A stretch of 63,187 bases of DNA, filler included, from Lenisia limosa (lineage: Eukaryota > Protista > Breviatea), in NCBI GenBank assembly GCA_001655205.1. It is 14 parts of 14 records of this genome, joined end to end, with 100 filler letters (N's around TTAATTAATTAA, not from the genome) between each part and the next. Parts side by side here need not be neighbours in the genome. Positions count along the whole stretch, not along the records: positions 21,454 to 33,853 come from LPNZ01007299.1; positions 33,954 to 37,895 come from LPNZ01007554.1; positions 37,996 to 39,831 come from LPNZ01005557.1; 11 more parts are not named here. The stretch is one strand, 5' to 3'. Shown one piece after another: positions 24,525 to 38,000 of this stretch. Each line of letters starts with the position of its first letter. Position 1 is the first letter of the stretch. The notes below the pieces were generated by a model. That model saw only the letters and a program-made list of their open reading frames with translations. It did no database searches and was not told the DNA's origin. Both the position numbers and the translations under genes were made by a program.

Positions 24525-24619
24525 ACCGTTAGTTATTTATAATGTTCGAAGGAAAGTTCCAAACATTTATTAGGGCCTGATGAGTACATAAAAGTTATCA
24601 AAAACAGACAGCTAAGAGC

Positions 24620-25557
24620 CCAAAAAGGATCTTCTTGGTTGTGGTCGGGAGTAATTTGAGACAGCCTGTGGATGGTTCACTGTAAAAGTCACCTGAATTG
24701 TCAGTTGGTGCTTTAGTGTTAAGATACAAACATGGCCATGGTGCCTTGCGTGGTATCGGAGCCGTTTCAGTGCCTCCGATGGACGAACGGCTTCACCTGA
24801 AAGTGTTAATGACCGCTATTTGTTGCAGGTGATGATTTGTTTATGATGATTTGAGATGACGAATACCCTTATCATATATTATCTAAGTTATTTGGAACAT
24901 ATGAACATAACGATGTTAATTTCGTATTTCTAGATAATCCCCCAGTATACCTTCAACGGCGGTAATGACGTCACCAATGTGAATACTTCCGCAGGTGTCT
25001 GCAGGGGACAATCTGCATGTGACTCAGAGAACAATATTGATTTGTGACTGTATAATGGACCGATATTGATTTGCTTTGTGTTACCTCACCTTGCAAGGCT
25101 TCAAACCAGAACCCACTTGTCAATTTGATTTACGACTCCATCACTTATGGCCATTCCAAGGTAGCCATCTTTCTGAAACCGTGAGATTGCCTTGGGGAAC
25201 AAATCTCTCAAACGTTGAGGTTAAACATTAGATTAACCCGCCATAAACAATAAATCTAACATGAGCCGACCTTGCCGAGAGTCACCTCCTGGCGGCGGGG
25301 CTGGAAGATCGGCGTGTTCGGAAGCGGCGTACTCGTCATAATGGCCCTCCGCTCGGCTATCTCCTTTATGTAACATGTCAGGCTTGGAATGAACATGAAG
25401 AGTTTTGTCTCTTCTCTTCTCCTCAAACAAGAGGTATTATGACATGGCAACATAACAATTGGTAATAAATGAATTGTGGCTACAGGGTTCAACCCCCAAC
25501 CTCATCTGTAGGAAATAGCCTATGCCGCCTTTTTCGTTTTGAGAAATCATTTCCCAT
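24620..25557 (-). CDS. Small PDZ-domain protein with predicted N-myristoylation; 3' end approximate
   Basis: ATG at 25557 gives MGNDFSKRKRRHRLFPTDE. Exons read ...RRQEVTLGK|KDGYLGMAISDGVVNQID...DTCGSIHIGDVITAVEG|EAVRPSEALKRLR, which matches the PDZ GLGF-like loop, GDVIxAVxG and the following helix. Confidence 0.72.
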
Positions 25558-26111
25558 CTTAACAAGTAAGGTTTTGATGCAAAAGCAAAATCAAAGGACA
25601 AATAATATAATCAAATCAACATAAAATAACAAATCAATCTCTTTTCAGATTAAAATGGTTTTGTGGAATCCTTCAATCATAATAGCCCGCCAAACTGTTT
25701 GCTATTATGCACACTCTGTTCGTGACACGAGAGAGGGAAAGGGGGTTGGAGTGGGAATGAGGTGGGATGAGTGGTGTCGGTTAGAGATAGGTTCACTACA
25801 ATGATTCACTAATTTACTGTTTAAACAGTCTTCTCAATTCAAACCATAAAAATTCGTGTTAAAACTTAAGTCATTTCGGGTGAACGACAGTCATGAAGAG
25901 GACTTGCCATATTTGGAAAGCCTGATAGGTATAAACCCCAAGGATAAAGGCCAATAAATTGTTAGAAATTTTACTGAAAAGGGGGAAACAACAAACCGTA
26001 GAAGGCCCCATGTAATTAAGCGATCTAATTGAATTCTATAATAATGACATGAAAGATGAAGCGAAAGAGGGACACAGTTCTCCTCTTTTTTCGTAAACCG
26101 TTCACCTAACC

Positions 26112-29100
26112 ATGCCACAGGACCAGCTTGTCCTCTCTCAGCCAGCTATCTATGCTATTAACCAGTATATCAAGTCCATCCACTCCAATGCCAACACCCC
26201 CCCTGTAACGGATGTGAACTCATTAATCTTCTCGTGCTCCAAGCTAAAGATCCAACTTAGTGATGTTCAAAGCTTCTTGTGGAAGTCTGTCTACACGCAA
26301 ACCTACTTCATCAAGCACCTTAAGAGCCTCGATGCCAAGATTTGCTGGGAGTTTGAGAATGTCATTTCACAAGTTCACCAGTGAGTGGGTAACCGTTTAT
26401 TGCGCATTCCTTCTTTTTATATTGATAATCTGGCTCTCAAGATGGCTTGCGTTATATATTTCATTTTATACTGGATATTATTGCAAGAAGCAATCTTTTC
26501 AATATTTTGGATTGTTCTACTTCGGTTTTTCGTGCGTTCATATTCAATTTGGATGTTACTGTTTGTGTCCTCTGTCTCTGAATGAAAACGCAAACCATAT
26601 TCCCCATGACGAAGAAACATTAGTTTCCACATTCAATTCACTAAATTACAGTAGAGTATCAAACACCCTTTTAAATACGNNNNNNNNNNNNNNNNNNNNN
26701 NNNNNNNNNNNNNNNNNNNNNNNNNNNNNNNNNNNNNNNNNNNNNNNNNNNNNNNNNNNNNNNNNNNNNNNNNNNNNNNNNNNCAAACGGCACTCTCCAG
26801 TCACGTCGATGTTGCTGTCGTCAACCACTTGCTCAGGGCCCTGGCAAGGCTTCTTAATGTATGATTGGAATGGGAGAATGGTTTTTATTTAATCTTGTAC
26901 AATAATAATACATAGCAGCAAAGCATATCTTTGTCTGGGAGTAACCTTGACGTGCTTTGTCAATGCACTTCGCGACTGTCTCTCACTCAAACGGCTGCAG
27001 CGCTGACATGTCTTGCCACGTTCATCGATAAGTCCCAAGGTGAGCGGTGGTCGTTGTCTTTCAATGNNNNNNNNNNNNNNNNNNNNNNNNNNNNNNNNNN
27101 NNNNNNNNNNNNNNNNNNNNNNNNNNNNNNNNNNNNNNNNNNNNNNNNNNNNNNNNNNNNNNNNNNNCCGCCGCCGCAGTCTGGCGAAGTCTCTCCCGCG
27201 TGTCGCCCTCAGAGCCCCTGTCTTCCCTCGTCACGTTCTATGTTTTTGCTCTTGGCCGGGCTGGGAGCACTTCTTCAGCGTATCTCACGTACTGCATGGC
27301 GTTTCTTGGCGTGTGTCGCGCAATGGCAATTGCACTACCGGAACGCGTTCGTCCAGAGTTATTCCGAAGCTTGGACGCAACTGGTTTCTGCCGTTTGGAA
27401 GTTCCGCACGTGATCAAAGAAAATGTCATGGTTGTCCATAAGTGGCTTGTCAAACAGACTCCCCAGGTGTGTGTCGGTTCTATGATCTAGTAACCGATGC
27501 TAGGTATTTAGCATTATTTCATAGTTTATATGGTACAACATAGTTTCTTAGTTACTCTAAATTGTTGCTGGATTATTCCTCACAACTAGGCGCTATCCAC
27601 ACGGAATAAGACGGTCGATGACGATTGGACGGCTGAGGTCGAGTTGGCTGTGGACCAGGGCCTCATGTCCCCTGCCGATGCTGTCAAGGTTGGTAGACTA
27701 TTTCCCAATCCCAACGAGACTTCTCTTGGTTGCTACATTTCTTAATTCTATCCACCTTATTTACCGATCAGCGTCTTATATTACCTTCAGCTTTGCGGTG
27801 CACGTGTCCGCCAAATCAGCCAGTCCATGGACTATAGGGACGAAGTGCTTGATCAGGTGGGAGATGCTGTACATCAATTATCTTTTTTTAGGGTTCATGA
27901 AAGCTTTTTTCTCAGCATTCACTTTTGTTGATCATTTTTTCTTACTTTACTCTTTTTCTTAGGTACTGAAGGCTGCTGCAGAAGGGCAAGAAGTTAAACA
28001 CACTGATGGTATCCTCAAACAGGTATGAATGGCATTTGTTGTAGTGATTCACCTCAAATAGGTCCAGTCGGTGTTGGAAGGCATTCGAAACGAGAATGTC
28101 AAACTAGAGGTTTGATAAGATTATCAAATACTATGTACATATTATTGTATGTACATATGATAACTATGTCATATAATACCATTCACACTTTCATACGTCA
28201 TTATATCATATGTAGTACACATCGATATTTTTCATACGTCATTATATCAGATGTACATAGTAGTATATCGATATCTTTCATACGTCATTATATCATATGT
28301 ATATCGATATCTTTCATACGTCATCATATCATATGTATCTCGATATCTGATATTATATAGATATCAACTATTGTAGTATTACATGTTAAATAATCTATCG
28401 TGGTCCTACGAGATGTTTTCTGTCTATTCCAATCCGTTTGGCTCTGGCAAACGATGGTTGAACCTTTCTAATTCCACCGCAGGATAGCTATGAAGATCTG
28501 CACTCGCGTCTGCAGGAAGCCGCTCACGAGAACGCGACTCTGCGACAAACTCTGCATGGACTAGAGGACAGCATGGACGAGTCAGCAGGCATCATCGAGC
28601 TTGCCACTGAGCGTATTGACATGTTGGAAGAAAGCCTTAGGGTCATTTCAGCGCTGGCCACGGACACAGAACCTTCGAACCATCTCCATGCTGCCGCCAC
28701 CGTGTTTCATCCCGAGATCAGGCCGCTGGAGGTCCAATTGCACCGTCTGGCGTCGGCTGTTTATGATGCTCGTCAGGGCATCACACAGGTTTGTGCGTTA
28801 GTAAGATGAGTGTTTCCAAGTGAGGTTCGCTGTGACAAATTCAGGACCAGGATTGCTCGTTTCGGACCGTTGGGGTACAGACACACCCGAAGCTCATGCC
28901 TGCGCCAACAGTGCAGCAATTTGCTCCACCAGTTCAGGTCAGGTTTTTCATTAGTCGAGCGGCTCACTTACCCCTTTAGACTGTTGCCACTCTGCCGACT
29001 GCCTCATCGTCACCCCAGGTACAGTTTTGGGGAAGTTTTTAAAGTTGAAAATTGAAACGAGGATCACATCAGATCCAAAGGGCATTGACAATACTAAGCA

Positions 29101-32100
29101 TTAATGGTGACAGGTTTACTTGGACGGTCTAGCTGATTTGGCGGTTCTTGCCTCGCAACGCTCGATTTCGCTTTCGCCCCTCCAACAAGCTGCAGTAGCA
29201 CAGCTGGCTGGCATGTACCCTCAACAGTGGGCTTTGCAATAAAGCCCAAATAACATGTTGTCTTGAACTAGATCATATATCTACAGTCTATACATATATC
29301 TACATATAATAATATAAATCGTATATTATATGTATAATCCTTTGATGATATAATTACGAAGTTATACAAATAGAATAGCGTTCCCTCTAATTCAAGTCAC
29401 CGCCAGATCAATTGTCTTTGCGCCTGCCAGCCAATCCGTAGCCCCAGTGTCCGCTACTGAGTCAGTTGCCGTCCTTGCAAGGGCCGCCATGCAACAGGGG
29501 GCTAAGGATCAGCTTCAGAAGACTTGCCCGGGTAGGTGCTCATCATGTAATCTTCCCGTGAATTACGTGATACGTATAATGTGTCTTGCCATATCCCCAA
29601 TGGACAATATGAGCAAAAGATCTTTCTTACCAATAGCTGAGTTTGCTGTGTTGAGCAAGTTCTTTGAGACCCCTCAGAAGGCCGGTAGCAAGCCTACCGA
29701 AGCTGTTTTACCCAAGGATGGCAGCGTTCCGATTCCCTCTGCTCTAGGTTGGCTGGATGGCTAAGATTTGTCTGGAATTCCATTCCAATTTACCGCATGA
29801 TAACTGTCCAGACTCGCTAGCGGGCCTGACTTCAATTTCGGACTCACAACTCTCAGACTTCCACTCGTCTCTCCCTCCAGGTTGGTGGTCTCGTGTTGTT
29901 TTGTTGAATTTCGCTATTATCTCCAAATACTCAGCCTTGTCTTTCTTTTAATCAATTCGCGTTGTAAAATGATTCGAATGGGTTGATTGTGGGGGTTGTT
30001 TCAATTCGTACTCTTCACCCCTCCAGCCCAAGCTTCGGCTCTCATTGACCGATTGTCTCGTCTTTTGGCCTCTGTTAACCCGAATCTACTGCCTGCTTCC
30101 ATCACCACCACCACACCAGAGAACTTGACCACCGCCCTCATGTCCCTTTCGATTGACTCCAACTGTGGGGCGTAATTTTAAATCAAATCATAGAGATATC
30201 ATATGTAATATAATATTAATACATATACAATCTAAAGAATGTGGTTGGTTTGGGTCTTGGGGTTTACCTAAACAAGTGTATATTTTAATACACCCTGGTC
30301 CAAATAGAGCTTGTGTGGATGAATTCCTCACCTCCCCCCCCCCCCCCCNNNNNNNNNNNNNNNNNNNNNNNNNNNNNNNNNNNNNNNNNNNNNNNNNNNN
30401 NNNNNNNNNNGACAGCCAATCTAGCAGGCCAGTTGGCTGACCAAGGGCTGGATATTCAGGCAGCATCCATGGCATCAGACCAGAAGCAGCGTCTCATTTC
30501 GACGGTGTTGGCGGCGGAGGACGGCGGCGAAGTGCTCAGTAGTCTTCTTGCGGGGCTTGATCATAAGGGTCTTGCCACCGTGTCGGCGCATTTGTCGGCC
30601 CTTCCGAAGGAAACACAGGACCTTATCGGCTCGGCAGCCGCCTTCTTGCCGACACCAGGAGATGATGTGTCAGTTGAGTCGGCGGCGGTGGCGGCGAGAG
30701 TAGATCTTCCAGCGTTCCTCCGAGCCATGTCAAATGCCGACCATGATCAGCTCCGGGCTCTTTTAATGGTATGGGGTAATTCATAATTTGGGTGAAATCT
30801 TCCAAAAAAACAGAATTTCAAGATAAATTTCCCATACCAGTCTCTCTTATGATTTGGTTATTTCCTCTCATCTGTCTTGTGGTTTGTAATGTGTTGTTCT
30901 ACATAGAGTCTGACTGTCACAGGCCTCTGCTCCTGAAGGCTATGCTGTCACCAAGCCCCTTTGTATGGGAACTGAAGTCGGCGTCCAAGTTTCCATTGGA
31001 GCCCCAGTATCCACTAAATCAAAACGGAAGGCCAAGAAGATATCCTCAAAACCTCCATCCGGGCCACTGGAGGAGTCAGTATCCGAGCCTGTTCAGGATA
31101 AGGAGCAAGGAGAGAGCGCAAAGTCTCTTGATGCCAAAGGTTTGCTATTAGGGGTTTGTTGTTTGTCCAGACTTAACCATTTTCAGAGCCCGATGCCACT
31201 GAAAGCGAGGAAGAAGAAGACGTTGTTGTCATGGAGGATTCAGCCATGCAGACTGATGACGTTGTTTTTGGCTCGGAGGCGCCCACTGCCGCCCCGGCCG
31301 TCCCGTCGCTTACTCACGGGTCTTTGAAGCCAAGTGCCCCGGGAGCCTCGGGGCCTACATTAGGTATGATAATGCGTTTCAATCTTGAGGGCTTCCCTGT
31401 TGGCTGAAAAAGGCTCTACACAATAATGATATTTATCCGTGATTTACTGAGAAATATACCCTGTCAGTGATATAACTACAAATGACTTATATGTGATTTA
31501 TATGATATAGCTACATACAATACTGCAGATGATACATATTCAAATCATATAGATCTTCACTGACTGAATAGGCGCATCATTGGTCTCCGCAGACGCTGCG
31601 ACAGTTTCCTCGATGACAAAGGAGGAAAAAGACGCTCTCCTCAAACTGGCAGCCACATTGCCTCAACCTAAGGTGAAGATCACTTTCGTTGTTTATCTTA
31701 GCTCTGCGCTCCAGCTCCACTATGGCCTAATGTCCCGTCAAAGCTAACCCATCAGGAATCAGCATCGGAAGAGCCACTTCCGTCAGCAACAGCAGCCCTC
31801 GCAAGCTTGGTCACAGGTACATCTCCCGAGTTGATCAAGGACATTTCAGGCCTTCCCGACGGTCAGCAATAAATGGAGGTTATATCGATGATGCGTATTC
31901 GTGAAAAGATACTGATTTTGGATGGGGGAGGGGGCTTACTGATGAGGAAAAGCTCATGAACCTCTATCACACTCCAACAGAAGCCCAGTCGTTGTTGCGC
32001 TCGCGCCTGCAAGACGTGATCGGCCTCATTGGATCGGACATTCCCTCAGGCCCGCAGACCGCCGCCGTATCAGAGCCCAGGCCGGCCGCCAAGATCGATG

Positions 32101-33853
32101 GTCTGCTGGTCTTGGGATTGATGGGTAGAAATGTCAAATTTCGCAGAATCAACCCACTTGGGGTGGGCATTTGTGATAAACTCTTGAAGGGTGTCTTATC
32201 ATGAGCACAGAAATACACCATACATCTGTCTTAAAATGTTCACCACCTTCCTTGTTTTATGATGATCTTTGATCCTTGTTTTATGATGATCTTTGATCGC
32301 AACGGGTATAGCAGTAATAAAATATGATATAAATTTGACACCCGTGACCCCTGATTGTGTCAGAGAAGGGAACTGAAATATCTGGGTGTAATGGACCAGG
32401 CAAAGCGGTTGTAGACAGCGCCACGCAGACGGCAGCCTCCTCAGTTTCTCTCAAGGACGGTCTTGACTCTGCTGATGCCAGTACGGTGGCGGCCTTGGGA
32501 CCGAAGGAGCGCGCTGCTTTGGTCAAACTCGTCGCTACTCTCCCGGAGTCCAAGGTCTGTGCGTTGTTGGAAGGGGTTGAAGACCCATAATGTATCATGT
32601 ATTGATACTCAACCAATTGATGGGTTTTCTTATAAATGCCCCATTTCACATTCTTTTCTATGATTGTTTGTTGTGTCATATCACCAGAAAGCGGAATCGA
32701 CAGCCATGCCATCTGCAACCGTGGCCTTGGCAAGTTTGGTCAATGGTGCGTCACCTGAGTTGATCAAGGACATCTCAGACCTACCAGATGGTTTGCCCTT
32801 TATCATGTTTTCTTGCTGTCTACTTCTTTGATTTGTTTGACAACACAGAAGCTCAGGCCCTTCTTCGATCCAGACTTGGAGACATCATGGGTCTCATTAA
32901 GGGACCTCAACCCATCCCATCAGGTCCCACAAGCACTCCTGGTGCCCCTGGTGCTACTGGAGGCTCTGGACCCCCAAGTAGGCCTATTTGATTATAATGG
33001 TCATAGTACCGCATGTTCCTGTCATCTTTCAAACTTAATATTCTCACTATTGTACTGTTATCTTCTTATCCTCTTTGACATCTTTGTTTCAGAGTAGTCT
33101 GTGTACGGTGGTTCTCTATCATCTTAATTTTCTTCGTTTACATAATAACTGTCATTGGATTGTTTTCGTAGGTGTTTAGCCATTGGGGTTGCTATTTTGA
33201 GTGCTTTGTATGATAAATCCATTGTACACTGGAGTGATGGGATGCGGTGCTGCAGAAGCGGCTGGTCTGGGCTTTGTTTTGCTGTTTTCAACCCTCGTGT
33301 GTTGTCTTTTTTTTTGTTGTTGTTTCTTATATTTACCCCCCCCCCCCCNNNNNNNNNNNNNNNNNNNNNNNNNNNNNNNNNNNNNNNNNNNNNNNNNNNN
33401 NNNNNNNNNNNNNNNNNNNNNNNNNNNNNNNNNNNNNNNNNNNNNTATTCTTCCTCCAATGGTGCCAAGCAGGTGAGTGTCAGGCGGTGTTGGCTTCTTC
33501 TGATACAACATTTGCATTGGGGACCTTATAGTCTCCTATGTATTGCATTATAATACACTGACAATTTCAAATAATAGAAGTAACATATCGGCTCTGAAAC
33601 AAGACAAGTATAAAACTGACTGACCTTCCTTCTAGGTTATTGATAAATGTAACAGTGTATCCAATTCCGTCTTTGCGCTGCACCCCGGCCTGAACCCCGC
33701 TGCTCCAGTTAACCAGGTGGCTGCCCCGGCTTCGGCCGCGGCTCCTCCAGGTCAGCCATTCACTGCTAAATCAATGATAATGCCGTTCTGGTCTGATGCA
33801 ATTCAGCTGCAGCACCTGGGGGTCCCGGGCCTCCACCCCCACCACCCCTGCCC
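26112..33853 (+). CDS. Large multi-exon hypothetical protein with coiled-coil segment and internally duplicated exon module, 3' partial
   Basis: Exon 1 is ORF 26112..26381 (|gtgagt). More than 20 GT-AG exons follow in one orientation, for example DSYEDLHSRLQEAAHENATLRQ... (28482-28788), ORF 30313..30786, and the repeated modules at 31572-32100 and 32420-32977. It could be more than one gene. Confidence 0.7.
28189..28346. repeat. Imperfect intronic tandem repeat x4 (36-46 nt)
   Basis: tttcatacgtcattatatcatatgt...atcgatatc starts at 28189, 28230, 28276 and 28312. Confidence 0.85.
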
Positions 33854-35105
33854 NNNNNNNNNNNNNNNNNNNNNNNNNNNNNNNNNNNNNNNNNNNNTTA
33901 ATTAATTAANNNNNNNNNNNNNNNNNNNNNNNNNNNNNNNNNNNNNNNNNNNNACAGTTATGTATGGTCACCTATAAGTTTTATTATTTTTTTGATTTTT
34001 ATTATTATTATTAGTATTATTTTTTTGATTTTTATTATTATTATTAGTATTTGAGGGAATGGGGTAATGAGGGTGAGTGGCGTCTTCTTGCTAAGAATAA
34101 TTATGGCATTGCGGGTGGGGAGGGGGTTAATATTTGTGAAAAGTACCCAAAATTGGTACCCCAAATACATGGGGAAATTCTTCACTCCGAAATTTCATCT
34201 GGTTTAGCAGACTGCTTTCACACACTAGAGGAATCTCTCTCATTTGAATACTGCATATCTTATACTACATTGTTTACACTCTAGATGAAGTTCCCTCATT
34301 TGAATACCTCAAAATTTCGGAACTGGCATATCGATTAGGTAAGATGTTTTTAAAAGAGCAAGACGATGCTTTAAATACCCCATTTATAACAAAATTATAA
34401 AATATGGGCTTCAAAATGCCGTTTCGTAACTTCATGATGGTATAAACAGCTTCTGAAACAAAGAGAAAACTTTACTCCAACATATAACCGTTTGGCTGTA
34501 TCTGTATGTGTAACTACCTTAACAATTTAATGTGTGGAATATTAATAATAGTCTCTATCTAATATCTAGGGTTTCACTTCGGTTCAAAACTAGACTGCAA
34601 TTCACTATAAATCCTCGAAAACTATCGTATTTTTCCAGACTTTTTTCGAACCGGAGTGAAGCCCAAATGCATTTATATAGATATCATATGTATATGATAT
34701 GTATAATATGAATATGTATGTACATACAGTGACCAGGGGTATGTGTTGACCTATTTTCCTTGGGAAATAATCACACAGCAAATTTATCAAGACTTTTCCT
34801 GGTCACTGTATCTGGATTAACACAATAAAAACATAGGGGAATGCTAACACCGATACCATACATAATTTTGTTTGGACTTATGCAATCATATAAAAAAAAT
34901 CAAAACAAAACAAACGTATGGTAATTTGCCTATGTGTATACATTATTTGGACTTCTGCAATTCTGAACATGTTAAAATGACGCTATCTTAGTATTTGTCA
35001 CACACATTTGTTTTTTGTTTCAGATTTGCCCATTTTCACGCTCCCCCTCCTCCTTTTTTCTTCCCCCTTTTTTTTTTTCATTATTTTTGTTTCCTTAACC
35101 CCCCA

Positions 35106-37781
35106 GGCCGGCCTGGGATGCTACGAGTCTTGGAACACGCCAGTTACGCCAACCAGGTGCGCGCGCATGTGTTTTTAACATTACCGTAGTCACGATAAGT
35201 CCTGACACGAATAACTGACAATAAACTCAGTGTCCATTTTATGACTTTTCGCGGTCAGTCTTTTCGTTTATTTCGCTTCATTTATTTACACTTTCTCGGA
35301 CTATAGATACTTTATTATTGATTATTGTCATGTGCAGAGAGTTCTAATCAAATAATTGGTGAATTATTTCCCCAATATCTCTATTTGCATGATTATGTGG
35401 AACTACCTTGTTTTTTTATTCCTATATTCTCATTTGTATAATATTCTTGAGTTTTACCTCATGTCCATAAATGACTTTACTGTCAACTTACCGTTTCAGA
35501 TGATCATTCGAGGACCCCTCAAACTTTCCTCACAAATCGCAAACACTCTTTTGGTGGGATCTAGAGCACATTGTGTACTTGCATACACTGACCGCAATAA
35601 GCCCTGATAGGATTGACAAAATATTCCCTGCCAGGACTTATCGCGGTCACTGTTATCTTGACTTCTTACCCCACACCTTCCACCCTGATTAGTACACAAC
35701 GGTGGATGGACTAGGGAGGTTATGGTATTTGAGAACCTCATAAATTTCTCCGGGTTTCTATATTGTACATGGGATTCCAGTAGATCATATGATATACTAT
35801 ACAATGCGCATTAGTAAAGAGCTATATTTCCGACTCGGCAAATAAATATCCCGATCCGGATCCGACAATATAACCTCGCTGACCTCTCTGATCCAACAGC
35901 TTTTCTACCCTCCTACTGCAGCATCAATTGTCAGGTCTTCGGTGTACAGGGTAGGCTATTGCTTGTGCTGTTTTGATTGTCTGTCATGCCATAATTACTT
36001 AGTGTTTTCTTTCTTTTTATGCTCCTTCTCACGCCTTTATTTCTCACAATTAGAAATATAATACGGTTGGATTAGGGGTTCACTTTGGTTCAAAAAAACA
36101 CTGAATAGATTCATTTTTAACATCTATAGCCCGAGTGGGAGGCTCGTATTCTAGTCTTACCTCCGTCAGCCTTGGTTGGTGGGTAGTAGGGAAATATTGT
36201 ACTTTTTTTTGATTGAATGACCCCCCGAATCCATAATTACATTCCNNNNNNNNNNNNNNNNNNNNNNNNNNNNNNNNNNNNNNNNNNNNNNNNNNNNNNN
36301 NNNNATACCTAGGACCTTGGAATTATATTTGTAAACATTTTCGAACAAGTTCGTGAAATTGATTTTCACTTCAAATTTTAGAATTAATTTTCAATTCATA
36401 TCACGGAATCCCAATTATACCGCAGGTCCCCAACCACCTCATCACCGATGCTACATGTCTCATTGATGTCGACACATCGTCAAAGCAGTTTTCATATACG
36501 GACGGTGGGCGGGGTCGCTCTGATGATTTATTAGATATGAATAGGGCTTCACTTAGGGCACAAAGAGACTTGTATTTTTCAATTGATTTATCAAGAAATT
36601 CAGGCTTTCTCGGTATACATTGCGTGATATTCAATTATACTATGCATAAAATGCTTATGTTTCCTCATGTTGTATATTTTATAATATATAGCATGCAAAG
36701 CAATGTAAATTGTATGAGCATCCTATATTTTATCGATAATTTTTGACCTTTTAACGATTGTTTTGTCTTTTGTTGATCTTTATTTTTTTTGGACAAAAGC
36801 TGACCCACACAGCCCCGGCCCTCCCCACGACTTGGCCACTCTCCCCCCTCAGACCAGCGTCGCCATCGGAGGATTTCAGCCCTGAATATGGTACGATTTT
36901 AGAGAAAGAAGTTTTCAAGTTACGGTGCAAATTTTACATACATTAAAAATCTAGAAACAAAAGCTGAGATACAAAGAAATAAATTATTTCCCAAGAATAC
37001 ATTTGCTATTTCCCAATGTAGAATCAAGGCCTCATTTCGGTTCGACAAAAGACTGAATTTCTCGGAAAAAAACTTCGAAAACTATCGATATTTTACCGGT
37101 ATTTTTCGAATCGAAGCGAAGCCCAATGTATGACACACATAATTCGTCCCAAGGATGGCCTATTCTTCGATTCTTAAGGAGCAAGAAGGATAATTATATA
37201 CAGTAAAATCATCTCTTTCAAGCAAATACATGTCTTCTTTGATAGTTTATCTGATATCCAAAATAGCTTTCTAATTTGAAGCACTGTTAACCCCAAAGGA
37301 ACCTTTCCCCCTGGCCTGGGAGACGAACCCTCTGAACACCAAAATACAATGCTCCCCAATTTACCAGCTAATTTCCCACCTTGGAGGATCCGTGTTTCCG
37401 CTGTAGCTTTACCGTGAGAGGGGGTAGTGGTTTATCATGTGGAGGATCGCGGAGGTGGTATTATGAGCAACAGTATATCATACCGTATACTATCTCTACC
37501 ATATGTATACATGTACATACATACTATTTATTNNNNNNNNNNNNNNNNNNNNNNNNNNNNNNNNNTGGTTCCTTTAACCCCCATTTTACCTTCCTGTATT
37601 TCTAGCCAGAAGACATATTTTATTTTTGTAAATTTTGTATTTTAACCCCTCCCACCAGTTCCACGTTGGCATCAACATTCGAAACCTGCATATTCAGCGG
37701 CGACCCTGTTGATCCTGTACTGGCTGCTGCTTTTGCTGAACCGGAGCTTCTGCGCACCCCCAGTGACGAATCAATTATAAG
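35106..37781 (+). CDS. Hypothetical protein, scattered exons in MITE-rich introns, partial
   Basis: Candidate exons: AGLGCYESWNTPVTPT (~35106-35155), YNLADLSDPTAFLPSYCSINCQ (~35865-35932), VPNHLITDATCLIDVDTSSKQFSYTD (~36426-36504), ~36811-36890, and STLASTFETCIFSGDPVDPVLAAAFAEPELL (~37659-37781). Confidence 0.45.
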
Positions 37782-38000
37782 GTTGGTCAAATGTTCTTTA
37801 TTTAGTATATGATATTCTATCACAGAAACATAGTAATTATATGATATGATATATGTTTCTCTAAACCCCAGAAAACCCTAGATTTATATTTTATTNNNNN
37901 NNNNNNNNNNNNNNNNNNNNNNNNNNNNNNNNNNNNNNNTTAATTAATTAANNNNNNNNNNNNNNNNNNNNNNNNNNNNNNNNNNNNNNNNNNNNCCCAG

